From sequence record KC579452: DNA of 47,285 nucleotides; one strand, given 5' to 3'. Below are positions 27,452-36,970 of the stretch, piece by piece. The DNA is from Escherichia phage phiKP26. The notes under the pieces are model-generated. The model was not told the DNA's origin and did not search any database. It was given only the letters and a program-made list of their open reading frames with translations. The first letter of the stretch is position 1, and each line of letters opens with the position of its first letter. The position numbers and the translations under genes are program-made.

Positions 27452-28420
27452 ATGAGCTTCAAGGTTTACACTAGCGACGAGTTAACCAACGAAGCCTACC
27501 ACAAGGAGTCAGACCATGTGTCTGGCTCTGGTCTGGCTCACATCTTCTCAACTTGCCCCGCTGCTTATAAGTTTGCAGAGCATGATGATAGCAATAAGGC
27601 TTTAAAGTTCGGTACATTAGCCCACACGGTTATTCTTGAAAACTCTGTATTCGATGCGACTTACTATCGCCAGCCAGCGCAAGAAGAGTTTGATGATCTG
27701 ATTACTAGCAAGACTGCTTTGGCAACTCGGTTGAAGTCGATGGGTATTGCTGGAACATCTGGTAAGGATTATCCAGAATTAATGGAGATTCTGGCGCTGA
27801 GCGGTGAATCACTTAACGTATGGTGGGATATTCAGCGCTCTAACGAGGTTAAAGCGAACGGTCGCGAGATTGTATCAGCTAAAGACTTTGACACAGTACA
27901 TGCGATGCGAGAGGTGCTGTGTGGCATTCCTGCATACAATGCGATAGTGAACAGTAAAACCGCTCAGCGAGAGTTATCAATCTTCGGTGAGATTAACGAG
28001 TGCGGCGTTAAGGTTCGTCTTGACCATGTCGATGTCGTTGATGATGTAGTTTATATCCGTGACTACAAGACGACTAGCGACGCATCTCCATCTGGATTTG
28101 GGAGATTGGCCTTCAAGCATGGTTACTTGCTAAAAATGGCGCTTCAGCATGATTTGTTTGTTCGCGCCTTTAATGAGAAGCGTCGAGTTGTTGTTCAGCT
28201 TCTTTGCCAGGAAANGAAAAGCCCATTCCTTCCAATGTGCTACACGATAACAAAAGAGCACTTAAAGGTTGGTAGATTGCAATACATGAGCGCCCTATCC
28301 ACATACAAGCAATGCAAGAAACTTGATATTTGGCCTGGTTACGGATTTGGCGAAACAGAGATGGAACTGCAAGTTCCTGAGTATGAGATGAAGAAGTACG
28401 AAGATAGCACGAATAGCTAA
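27452..28420 (+). CDS. PD-(D/E)xK family exonuclease (recombination exonuclease)
   Basis: 322 aa; D...VVDDVVYIRDYKTT motif characteristic of PD-(D/E)xK nucleases; immediately upstream of Erf. Confidence 0.6.
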   Translation: MSFKVYTSDELTNEAYHKESDHVSGSGLAHIFSTCPAAYKFAEHDDSNKALKFGTLAHTVILENSVFDATYYRQPAQEEFDDLITSKTALATRLKSMGIAGTSGKDYPELMEILALSGESLNVWWDIQRSNEVKANGREIVSAKDFDTVHAMREVLCGIPAYNAIVNSKTAQRELSIFGEINECGVKVRLDHVDVVDDVVYIRDYKTTSDASPSGFGRLAFKHGYLLKMALQHDLFVRAFNEKRRVVVQLLCQEXKSPFLPMCYTITKEHLKVGRLQYMSALSTYKQCKKLDIWPGYGFGETEMELQVPEYEMKKYEDSTNS

Positions 28421-28447
28421 AACGGTATTAAATTGATGGGGTATAGT
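28405..28447 (+). promoter_or_regulatory. palindrome/-10 promoter-like element (imperfect palindrome) upstream of erf
   Basis: tagcacgaatagcta-N22-tatagt-tacctcatcgacaacaaagagag; overlaps the exonuclease stop codon. Confidence 0.4.
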
Positions 28448-28476
28448 TACCTCATCGACAACAAAGAGAGATAGAA

Positions 28477-29103
28477 ATGAAGACTTCAGAGAGTAACAAA
28501 ACAGTTTTACAGGCACTATTTAAAGCTCGCACAGGATTTGCGAAGGCGGCAAGAGACAAGCAGAACAGTCACCTAAAGAATAGATACGCAACACTTGATT
28601 CCATGCTGGAGGCTGTAATCCCAGCACTTGATGATAACGACTTAATGATTATGCAGAGCATGTTAGAAACATCAACTACTGACAATCTTAACGTAGAGAC
28701 GACTCTCTATCACGTTTCTGGCGAGTGGGTTAGCTTCTTCATGATTATGCCAATAGTTAAGAAAGACCCGCAAGGAGTAGGATCTGCATTTACATACGCT
28801 CGGCGTTACTCACTAGCGGCGGCTTTGGGAATTAGTCAGTCTGACGATGATGCGCAGATGGCAGTTAAGAGCGTCAAGGACTGGAAGCGCGATATTGAGA
28901 AGGCAGAAACTCGAGAAGAGCTTATCGAAATCTACAAATCATGCAAATCACAAGCTGACACGGCAACGTGGGGTATAGTAGAGAAAGCGATAATAGATAA
29001 ACAAGCAGAGATCAAAATGGCTTCCGCAAGTGGCTTCAACCCAGCTAAGCCAAAGGAAGTCGCTAAAAAAGTTGCAAACGCAACGAATGAAGTAGTAAAA
29101 TAA
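28477..29103 (+). CDS. Erf-family single-strand annealing protein
   Basis: 208 aa; GSAFTYARRYSLAAALG matches the conserved ERF core. Confidence 0.7.
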   Translation: MKTSESNKTVLQALFKARTGFAKAARDKQNSHLKNRYATLDSMLEAVIPALDDNDLMIMQSMLETSTTDNLNVETTLYHVSGEWVSFFMIMPIVKKDPQGVGSAFTYARRYSLAAALGISQSDDDAQMAVKSVKDWKRDIEKAETREELIEIYKSCKSQADTATWGIVEKAIIDKQAEIKMASASGFNPAKPKEVAKKVANATNEVVK

Positions 29104-29392
29104 AAATAAATAAAGCTGTTCCAAAATAAAAGGGGCCTAAAACCCTAAATAAAACAAAATATGATATGAATTGGGACATATTCTCTGATATNNNGATTGG
29201 TAAGGCGGCGTGGAANTATAGAGAAGAAATACGGCAAGAGTAAATNGGAAGATATAAAGGATAAAAAGGAGGAAAGATTAGAAATGAAGAGATGGAGAGC
29301 GTAAGCATAGGAATTATCGAGCTACCTNCTTTGCTAGCGAGGCGCAAATTAGCTGGTATGACGAAGCATTTCAGGAAGGAAAAGTTATCTCT

Positions 29393-29599
29393 GTGAGCGG
29401 CGATTCATTAGCGGTTAATGAGCGCGAACATAATGGCAAGACATATATTACGCTTGAGTTGCAGAATCCTCGATTGATGTTTAGTCAGCGAGGAGGTGAA
29501 TCAGAACAGCAGCAGCAGCGACAACAAGCTCAACAGCAACAGAGACAGCAGCCGCAGCAACAAAGCCGATTTAGTGATGAAGATGATATTCCGTTTNAA
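29393..29599 (+). CDS. ssb: single-stranded DNA-binding protein, C-terminal part only (5' part unresolved)
   Basis: Ends ...SRFSDEDDIPF followed by NAA (probably TAA), the canonical SSB acidic tail; Q-rich linker; the OB-fold region upstream is broken by stops and Ns. Confidence 0.55.
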
Positions 29600-29608
29600 T
29601 GCAAAAGA

Positions 29609-29632
29609 TAAAGCCCCTTTCGGGGCTTTTTN
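29609..29632. terminator. bidirectional terminator between convergent ssb and tailspike genes
   Basis: aagcccc-tttc-ggggctt hairpin with a T-run on the plus side and an A-run on the other side. Confidence 0.7.
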
Positions 29633-32348
29633 ATTGTGACGTTACATCACCATTCAAACTCAAAANTACTGATTGTTTNGTCAAATCAACACCACCTTTA
29701 AGCGAATAGTATCTTGAAGCGCAATAATCAGACTCATCTGAATAGCTGCCAACGTAAACACCAAAGCCATATCCAGAGCAAGCTACATCACCAGCGCCTT
29801 GACCTGAATACATGGTTACATAGTTACCAGCTGTTGTTAGTATAGGTCTGACATCAATATCTATATACTGAGAATCAAATGACCTTCTAACTCTAAATCC
29901 AGTATTCAGGTTTAAGATGCTCCACCAAACCTTACCAGATACATCAAAACCAAGAGCAATATTGTAAGTACCACCATTGACCATTCTTGATGAGACTGGC
30001 AACACACCTGATAAAACTCTTGTTTCACCTGATGCTGATATTAACAATGAGACACTGTGTTCTCCTGATGCCATCACGTTATACTGCAAGTAAAGAGCAT
30101 TACTATTAACTCCAAAACCAGTCCCTATAGCTATAAGGTTAAAGTCTTCAGCAACAGTTATGGTCGGCGATATATTGCATGTAGCGGTGAAACCTAGTGA
30201 CGGGTCAAATCCAGTGCATATAATCTTATCTTTATTTGCCTGTGAAAGCCTTAGCCAATATTGCTGCCCAACTGATGATGCCGCTGCGGCGAATACTGGT
30301 GTATTAGAGACCCCATCAAAAGCTGAAGTGTCGTTTGCTGGCTTAATTCTTGTCTTCCTTTTGTCTATCAGTCCGTTTATCTTCAGGTTTCCTGAATACT
30401 CAGCAACATAGTTAGTGTCCCCTGAGAAATTTGGGCCAAAGTAACCAGATTCAACAACCCCATCGATCACAACATCAGATCTTGAGTCAAGGAATCTGAA
30501 GTTGCCAGCGGAAGTTGGCCTTCCATCGCCATTGTTAGATACATAGTTAAGCCCAACAAAACCATAGATTCTTACAGAGCTATTTGAAAACGAAACGTTA
30601 TAATCTCTGTAGTTTGAGTTTATGCTGTTCCTGTTACTATTTAATCCATTAAATACCACATTTCTAGAGTTTACAATTCTAACACCGTCACCACCGCAAT
30701 CCTGCGCCTCTATAGCTGACATGGTGATGTTTTGGCAGTTATCAATCAGGATGCCATAAGCATCATCAAGCTCATTATAAGCCGACCAACCCGACCAAAT
30801 AAACTTACCGCCAACAATCCTACAGTTTCCGGCATTCCTAAGTATTAGACAATTTCTTCCACAGGTGTTTACCTGTATGTTATTCCATGTGAAGTCTGTT
30901 GTTTCGTTAATCAATCCGCCTTTTTTNATGTGCTGAATAAGAACATCATCAAGAACAGGAGAGTAGTTACCAGCAGCAACGAAAATTCCGTAAACATCAA
31001 ACCCAGCAATGTGAGTGTTTCTTATCGTTAAGTCCCTCCTAGGGTCAGCACCAGTGTTGAATGGGTAATTGGTTGATAACCCAGTCGGCGTAGGGATGTA
31101 AATCCCAGCAGTACCATCAGTAAACGCCGTGTCTTGCTGGGCTCCAGTGCCGTAAAGAGCAATACCTTCAATATGAATGAGCGAGCAAGAATCAGAAACC
31201 TCAATTAAAGAGCCAATTGATGAACTAAGCTGAGTTATTCTTGACTTGTGCTTGCCAAAACCAATTATAGAGCAAGATTTATTTCTCATTACCAGGTTTG
31301 ATGCCATGTAGTCGCTATCAAGCTTTAATGCCAGCCCGGAGTCTAGGATTTGCTGTATCTGTGTCGTTGAGTCTGATGTCGATGACTTAATGGCCCCAAG
31401 TTCGCAAGGCGACAGCTCCCCGCTACAGATTCTTTCCCAGTAATAACCTGTACTTGATTCAAAAACCAATCCTGAAGATAATCCATATGATAAAGATGAC
31501 TCCGGCTTACAAACAAAGAACCCACCACCATAACCAAGACCACCAATGTAAGAATCACAATAGACAACCTCTAAGTCATAAATTCTGGCAGAGTTTGTCA
31601 TTGCTGATACTGATTCAAACCTTCTTGTGTAATCCTGTTGAATCCAAAAACCAACTCCAATACCACCTGTAGACTGTGGTGATGAGTTTTGTGGTATGGA
31701 TTTTGGAACGCTACCAGACCAGTAATAAACCGAAACATGATTGTCATTAANGTAAATTGCAGGCTGAGTTCTTGAGTTTATTTCTCCACCATTTGAGAAA
31801 TCAACTACAAGAGCAGATGACACAGAAGCCGCAGCAGAGCTTGCTATTGTAGCTGAAGAGGAAGCCGAGTTAGCGCTACTTTCAGCTAACTGCCTATCAG
31901 AAGATACCTGATCTTTGTCAGAAGAAACTTGAGCAGCATCAACAGCAACTTGCTGAGATTGCATGTTGACATTATTTACGCTTTGCTGGAAAGAATCAGA
32001 ATCAAATTGATTAAAAGCATCAACTGCCGCTGCAACCTCTGTTTCACGGGACTGATAATAACGAAGTGTCTCAGCAACGTCCTGAGCAAGACCTTGGACA
32101 GTAATTCCGTCATGAGCAAGGATTGAGTACTGAGTCCCAGCTGGCGCAGTAAAACCTTTATCATTGAATACACGAATCTCTGTATCGCTTAAAATCTCAG
32201 CGATAGTAACAATGCTTGTCGGGGTGGTGTTAAAAATCATTGTTGCGCCAACTCGGATTAGCGTTAGTGGTTGCCTCCACGTGGTGCCAACACCAGTTAC
32301 AGTTCCGTCAGCTGCAAGCGATGCAGTTCCAGCGTCATAAATTGCCAT
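29631..32348 (-). CDS. tail fibre / tailspike protein with probable beta-helix (depolymerase-like) central domain
   Basis: ~905 aa; N-terminal fibre-anchor-like domain, Ser/Ala-rich linker, long Asn/Gly/Ser-rich repetitive beta region; stop placed at a TNA codon at 29631-29633. Confidence 0.65.
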
Positions 32349-32426
32349 GTTATTTCTCCTATTTGATAGATGAAACCTATTGTATCAGATTAAATGCAAT
32401 AAAAANCCCTCCGAAGAGGGTGATTG

Positions 32427-33350
32427 CTATGAATGCTTATCTATCAGATCTTGCGGGTTATATAACCTTCTTTCAAGCCCCATCTTGAAATTGCCACCTT
32501 TAGGTATTACGACTTTTAGACCTCTATCATCAGCAACATAAAGCGACTCCTTTTCATCAGCTAAGCAAGCTATCCTGCACTCTTTATTCCTGAGTTCATA
32601 AGCAACCATTTCTAAGTTGTGGTGAGTTAGGCAGTCGTAAGTTGNCCTTTTTGTGCATGCCGATACATGTAGTGCGTTAATCCAGCCAACAGTGAGGTAG
32701 ATAGCGCCATCACTACATTTACTTACCGGAACAACCGAGCCGCGAGTGTAGTCTTTTGCGAGATATGACTCATTACCCTCTTCATCTATAAACTTTACGT
32801 TACAAGGCTCATCTGATAAACCATCCTCGTAAACCATAAAGCATTGCTCGGCTATAATTTCTTCTCCAGACCCCTTTATTCCTATTTTGTATTCCCGTTC
32901 AGTAATAATTGCTTCAAATCTCGTAAGCTGTGTCATTTCTACAGACTTGGTGCGAGAGATTACCTTCTCGATTGATTCAATGGATGCCTGAGCGCCAAAG
33001 TTATATCTCTGAACTCGGCTCGCTGCTTTGTTTGCCTTCACTATGATTTCGACGGGAGTCAAATTAAGCCAGTCGCCAAGTAAATTTATAGCTTCCACAA
33101 ATCTAAGGCCGGAACATTTCATAACCCAGCCTATTCCTGAGTCACTGCCGCACTTAGAGCAAACTGCGGCCCCATTACCTTTTTCGCTTCCTATTTCGTC
33201 TGTAAACCTGAATCTGTCAGTACCAAAGCAATAAGGGCACGGCCCGTGCTTCTTGCTAAGGTGTCTATCATTCCAACCAAGCTCCTTTGCATAAAATGAT
33301 TTCCACAATCCAGCCATTTTAGGTATTACTTCATTCTTGTCGTAATTCAT
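32427..33350 (-). CDS. DNA primase (zinc-ribbon plus TOPRIM-like)
   Basis: 307 aa; CPYC-x19-CSKC zinc-ribbon near the N-terminus; acidic TOPRIM-like segment; adjacent to the helicase region. Confidence 0.55.
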   Translation of the reverse strand: MNYDKNEVIPKMAGLWKSFYAKELGWNDRHLSKKHGPCPYCFGTDRFRFTDEIGSEKGNGAAVCSKCGSDSGIGWVMKCSGLRFVEAINLLGDWLNLTPVEIIVKANKAASRVQRYNFGAQASIESIEKVISRTKSVEMTQLTRFEAIITEREYKIGIKGSGEEIIAEQCFMVYEDGLSDEPCNVKFIDEEGNESYLAKDYTRGSVVPVSKCSDGAIYLTVGWINALHVSACTKRXTYDCLTHHNLEMVAYELRNKECRIACLADEKESLYVADDRGLKVVIPKGGNFKMGLERRLYNPQDLIDKHS

Positions 33351-33402
33351 TTTNATTTAATCCAATAAAAAGGTTGTACCGATTATGGCACAACCTTAAT
33401 TT

Positions 33403-33876
33403 TTACTCTTTAGCTTTTCGTGCTTCTTCTCTTTCTTTCTTAACCTTTCGCCATGATTTACGCTGCGGCTTGGTTGCTAACTCAGCTTCTGTAACAACTC
33501 GAAGCATCTGACGCTTCTTGCATCGCAGTGTTAGAGGCTTGCCGTTACCGTCGAACTGTAAATCAGGTCGGCAGAATGTAGCCCTGAACCCCTCGCCAGT
33601 TCGCTTATATCGATTATGCGCAAGCTGTGCGCCGCGAGCTGAAATCATTCCCCGCTTACACCATTCTTCTACAGCCTGGCGCGTAACCTTTAGCTGCTTA
33701 GCTAGATTGGCCTTGCTGCCGTAGAAGTCCAATACAATCTCAAGGCGCGCCCTTAATCCCGCTCTCACTTCATCCTTTAGTACATAGTAACCTGATGGAC
33801 GCTTACGCGGCTTCTTGTCTTCTGTGCGAATTGTTCCGTTGTTACCATTAAGAGTACGCTTGTCAATTGAATCCAT
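33403..33876 (-). CDS. Cro/YdaS-like HTH DNA-binding protein with basic N- and C-terminal tails
   Basis: 157 aa; LAKQLKVTRQAVEEWCKRGMI...CRPDL matches the YdaS/Cro-type HTH pattern; divergent from the helicase across an intergenic region holding the palindrome element. Confidence 0.55.
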   Translation of the reverse strand: MDSIDKRTLNGNNGTIRTEDKKPRKRPSGYYVLKDEVRAGLRARLEIVLDFYGSKANLAKQLKVTRQAVEEWCKRGMISARGAQLAHNRYKRTGEGFRATFCRPDLQFDGNGKPLTLRCKKRQMLRVVTEAELATKPQRKSWRKVKKEREEARKAKE

Positions 33877-33889
33877 TTTCTCACCTCAA

Positions 33890-33932
33890 TAGCACTTTTT
33901 GTTAAACATTGGTTTATATGGCTGTTATTATA
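33890..33932 (+). promoter_or_regulatory. palindrome element in the divergent HTH/helicase intergenic region
   Basis: tagcactttttgtta followed by an AT-rich -10-like tract and leader ...caatcgaacgaaca before the helicase ATG at 33969; the HTH gene starts 14 nt to the left on the other strand. Confidence 0.4.
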
Positions 33933-33968
33933 TCGTCAATCGAACGAACATTAAAGGCATTTGATATT

Positions 33969-35912
33969 ATGGAAAACCGATTGAAAACAATACAAAAACA
34001 GATTGAAGAATTGGGCGAAGATAAGATTAAAGAGATTCAAACTAAATTCACCTCTTCTAACTGTATGGTTCCGTATAGCTATCAGTGTGTTATGTACAAT
34101 GAGATTGCAAAGCGCATTAGTCGCTATGAGCATCCATTTATCGCAATGGCTTCAGTTTCTGCTGGTAAGACTCTGGTTTTTGGTATGGTTGCTAAGCGTT
34201 GCTCTGAGCTTGGCTTGCCTATGCTTGTTCTTGCTCGTCAGGCAGAGCTGGTTAGCCAGAATGCTTCTGAGATTTCTGATTACGGGGTTCCTAACTCCAT
34301 TTATTGCTCTGGGCTTGGAATAAANTCATCTTATTTCCCTGTGGTGGTTGGCTCTGAGGGCACAGTAGTTGGCGGGCTTAAGAAGTCACTTGGCGATTTC
34401 TGTCCTGCGGTAGTTGCTATTGATGAGTGTCACCATATTGATGACCAGGACATAGCGGAGGCAATTGATAACAATGAGACTGCGCAACAGGCATCAGATA
34501 AGGGGCGTAGCCAGTATACGGTCATCATCCTGACTTTAATGGAGCGCTGCCGTGCTAAGTATGGCAAGAATCTTCGTATCTTTGGACTGACTGGTTCTCC
34601 TTTCCGTGGAACTACGCCAATAGTTGTTGAAANCAAAANGGAGTTGGGATTTTGGCGTGAGACGGTCACAAATATCGATACAAACTACCTGGTAGAGTTC
34701 GGTTCCGTGGTTCCGACAAACTTTGGTGCTACTGATGGCGTTGGTTACGACCTGTCAGAGTTTGATGCATCATCTGAAGATGGTGTTCAGGATTACACTA
34801 AAGCCCAGCTTGAAGCCATGGATAAAAAGATTCAGGCATCTGGAACAATGACAGCGGAGATAATGAAGAAAGTATGGCTTGCCGCGAAAGACAGGAATGG
34901 AGTTCTGGTAACATGCGCAGGTGAGCGCCATTGCCACGAAGCCGCAAGTTACCTTCCTGAAGGTGAAAAGTTCTGCATTATAACTGGAAAGACTGGCGAG
35001 AAGCAGCGCAAGGAGTTGCTTGATAAGTGCTTTAGCGGGGAGATTAAATATTGCTTTCAGGTTCAGGCGCTAACCACTGGCGTAAATGTGCCTACATGGG
35101 ATACAAGCGTTATTCTGCGTAAGATCGGTAGCCTTACGCTCCTGGTTCAGCTACTTGGTCGAGGAATGCGTAAGCTTAAGAAGCTCCATGAAGATAAAGG
35201 AATGGTAAAGAATGACCATTTGGTACTGGACTTCGCAGGAACGATGGACTCTATGGCATCATTGTACTTCAATCCAATTCTTGAGCAGGCTCAATATCAG
35301 CTACGAAAGAGTAATGGCAAGGAGACTAAGCAGTGTCCAGTATGCGGAACAGAGAACAGCTTCTTTGCTCGACGTTGCATGCATATTGATGAGAATAATA
35401 ATCGCTGCGAATATTTCTGGGTTAGTCGCACATGTGAAGACCAGAAAGACCCACGAACCGGAAAGGTTATCGTTAAAGGCTGTGGAGTTCAGAATGACGT
35501 TGCAGCTAAGATTTGTAGGGGTTGCGATTGCACTTTGCTTGATCCAAATCTCAACTTAAGCGGCAAACATTACCGCAAGAACGACTGGTTTGATGTTGTT
35601 GACTTTAAGGTTGGGCTAACAAAGAACCAATCAGGAATCATCTACAACTACATCCTTGATGATGGCATGGGTGGGACATTCAAAGCTCATGAGGTTTTCT
35701 TTGTAGAGTCTGGCCATCGAGTATGTAAAACGCTCTGGTTGAACAATGGAATTAAAGGTCACGTAGTCGACATGAACGCTAAGCGATATATGGCTGCATA
35801 TCGCAATGCTCGCAAGATTATGGAGTATGCGCAGTACATCCATGCCCCTAAGAGGGTAACTCACCGCAAGACCGCTAAAGGTGGCGATAATATTGCTAAT
35901 AAGGAGTTCTAA
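33969..35912 (+). CDS. SF2 DEAD/DEAH-box helicase with C-terminal zinc ribbon
   Basis: Walker A SAGKTLV, DECHH box, C-terminal CPVCG...CxxC cluster; the track start at 33909 is probably leader, ATG at 33969 follows the RBS. Confidence 0.75.
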   Translation: MENRLKTIQKQIEELGEDKIKEIQTKFTSSNCMVPYSYQCVMYNEIAKRISRYEHPFIAMASVSAGKTLVFGMVAKRCSELGLPMLVLARQAELVSQNASEISDYGVPNSIYCSGLGIXSSYFPVVVGSEGTVVGGLKKSLGDFCPAVVAIDECHHIDDQDIAEAIDNNETAQQASDKGRSQYTVIILTLMERCRAKYGKNLRIFGLTGSPFRGTTPIVVEXKXELGFWRETVTNIDTNYLVEFGSVVPTNFGATDGVGYDLSEFDASSEDGVQDYTKAQLEAMDKKIQASGTMTAEIMKKVWLAAKDRNGVLVTCAGERHCHEAASYLPEGEKFCIITGKTGEKQRKELLDKCFSGEIKYCFQVQALTTGVNVPTWDTSVILRKIGSLTLLVQLLGRGMRKLKKLHEDKGMVKNDHLVLDFAGTMDSMASLYFNPILEQAQYQLRKSNGKETKQCPVCGTENSFFARRCMHIDENNNRCEYFWVSRTCEDQKDPRTGKVIVKGCGVQNDVAAKICRGCDCTLLDPNLNLSGKHYRKNDWFDVVDFKVGLTKNQSGIIYNYILDDGMGGTFKAHEVFFVESGHRVCKTLWLNNGIKGHVVDMNAKRYMAAYRNARKIMEYAQYIHAPKRVTHRKTAKGGDNIANKEF

Positions 35913-36301
35913 TGGTTAAGGTTTTTCACGACAAAACAAGCACGGACAAGGCTAAAGAGGTTGTTCACCAAATAAATTCAATAGCTTGGGTTCGCCACAA
36001 CCATCCAGAGATATTTGCTTTTCACGTGAAGAATGAAGGTCTCAAGTCTATCGGCACAGCAATGAAGGACAAGCAGGAGGGAGTAATTAAGGGTGTATCA
36101 GATATTCTACTGATTGGACCAAATGGCTTTGCCGCAATAGAGCTTAAGCGAGCAATAAAATCAGATAGCAAGGTTTCAAAGGAGCAAAAGGAGTTCCTGG
36201 AAAAGGTATCAGAAACAGGAGGTTACGCAGCAATCTGTTATGGGTTTGAAATGTTTAAGTTGGCAATTACAGATTATCTATCAAATAGCACGAATTGCTA
36301 A
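35912..36301 (+). CDS. VRR-NUC domain nuclease
   Basis: 129 aa; ...SDILLIGPNGFAAIELKR... resembles the PD-(D/E)xK VRR-NUC core; stop codon lies inside the palindrome element. Confidence 0.55.
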   Translation: MVKVFHDKTSTDKAKEVVHQINSIAWVRHNHPEIFAFHVKNEGLKSIGTAMKDKQEGVIKGVSDILLIGPNGFAAIELKRAIKSDSKVSKEQKEFLEKVSETGGYAAICYGFEMFKLAITDYLSNSTNC

Positions 36302-36328
36302 AGAGATTTCGCAAGGATGCGATATAGT
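36286..36328 (+). promoter_or_regulatory. palindrome/-10 promoter-like element (best consensus copy)
   Basis: tagcacgaattgcta-N22-tatagt-tacttcatcgaaacgaagagag, then ATG at 36360. Confidence 0.45.
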
Positions 36329-36359
36329 TACTTCATCGAAACGAAGAGAGAGAAACAAA

Positions 36360-36554
36360 ATGACTACTATCTACACTGAAAAGCTGTACAAGTCACGCAA
36401 AACTGGTTATGAATATGAATTAGCAATCACCCCTGAGGGTTATATTCTTGATGATGGAGACGGTTACTCATTCGAAGTTAGCCCAACATACAAAGATGAT
36501 TTAGAGACTGTTAAAAACGCATTCGGCGAAAAATTTGATGAGGTGTCAGAATAA
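36360..36554 (+). CDS. hypothetical protein
   Basis: 64 aa from the ATG at 36360, directly after a full copy of the promoter/leader element. Confidence 0.45.
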   Translation: MTTIYTEKLYKSRKTGYEYELAITPEGYILDDGDGYSFEVSPTYKDDLETVKNAFGEKFDEVSE

Positions 36555-36772
36555 TGAAATTAACCTTTGATAAGCAATGGGAACTCTTTCAGGCAATGGT
36601 GGCGCAGGAGTTGAGTAAAGCTGGATATAAAAATGATGTTTGGGATTTAGCTTGGTGTCTTGATTATAGTTTCGAAGAGGATTATCTGAACACTGATATC
36701 GAAACATGGCGCGACCGAATGATTGCTGATATCGAAGAAATGAAGAAAGATTGCCCGGAGGATTTTTCATGA
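36554..36772 (+). CDS. hypothetical protein
   Basis: 72-aa ORF overlapping its neighbours by ATGA. Confidence 0.4.
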   Translation: MKLTFDKQWELFQAMVAQELSKAGYKNDVWDLAWCLDYSFEEDYLNTDIETWRDRMIADIEEMKKDCPEDFS

Positions 36773-36969
36773 TTACTGCGACTTGCGTAATGACGAACGG
36801 CTCATTCACCCTGCTCAATGAGTATGAATTCAAACTTGACCCGATTAATGACCAGGTTGAAATAGTTAGCGATGACGGATTTGCATGGAAGTTACATAAT
36901 GAATTTGATGGGTACTACGGGTGTAATGATGCGAAAGGTAAGCATGTAAGTTTTCTTGTTTATGAGTAA
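36769..36969 (+). CDS. hypothetical protein
   Basis: 66 aa from the ATG at 36769; stop followed by a palindrome element. Confidence 0.4.
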   Translation: MITATCVMTNGSFTLLNEYEFKLDPINDQVEIVSDDGFAWKLHNEFDGYYGCNDAKGKHVSFLVYE

Positions 36970-36970
36970 A

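Noticed and set aside
36286-36328. Conserved RNA hairpin (GGATG...CATC) in the element as the primary function, e.g. an RNase III processing site
   Set aside because: The GATG/CATC pairing is present in only some copies (absent from the 44437 and 43285 copies), whereas the palindrome, the TATAGT box and the CATCGAAACGA leader are conserved; a promoter model explains more copies. Not fully excluded.
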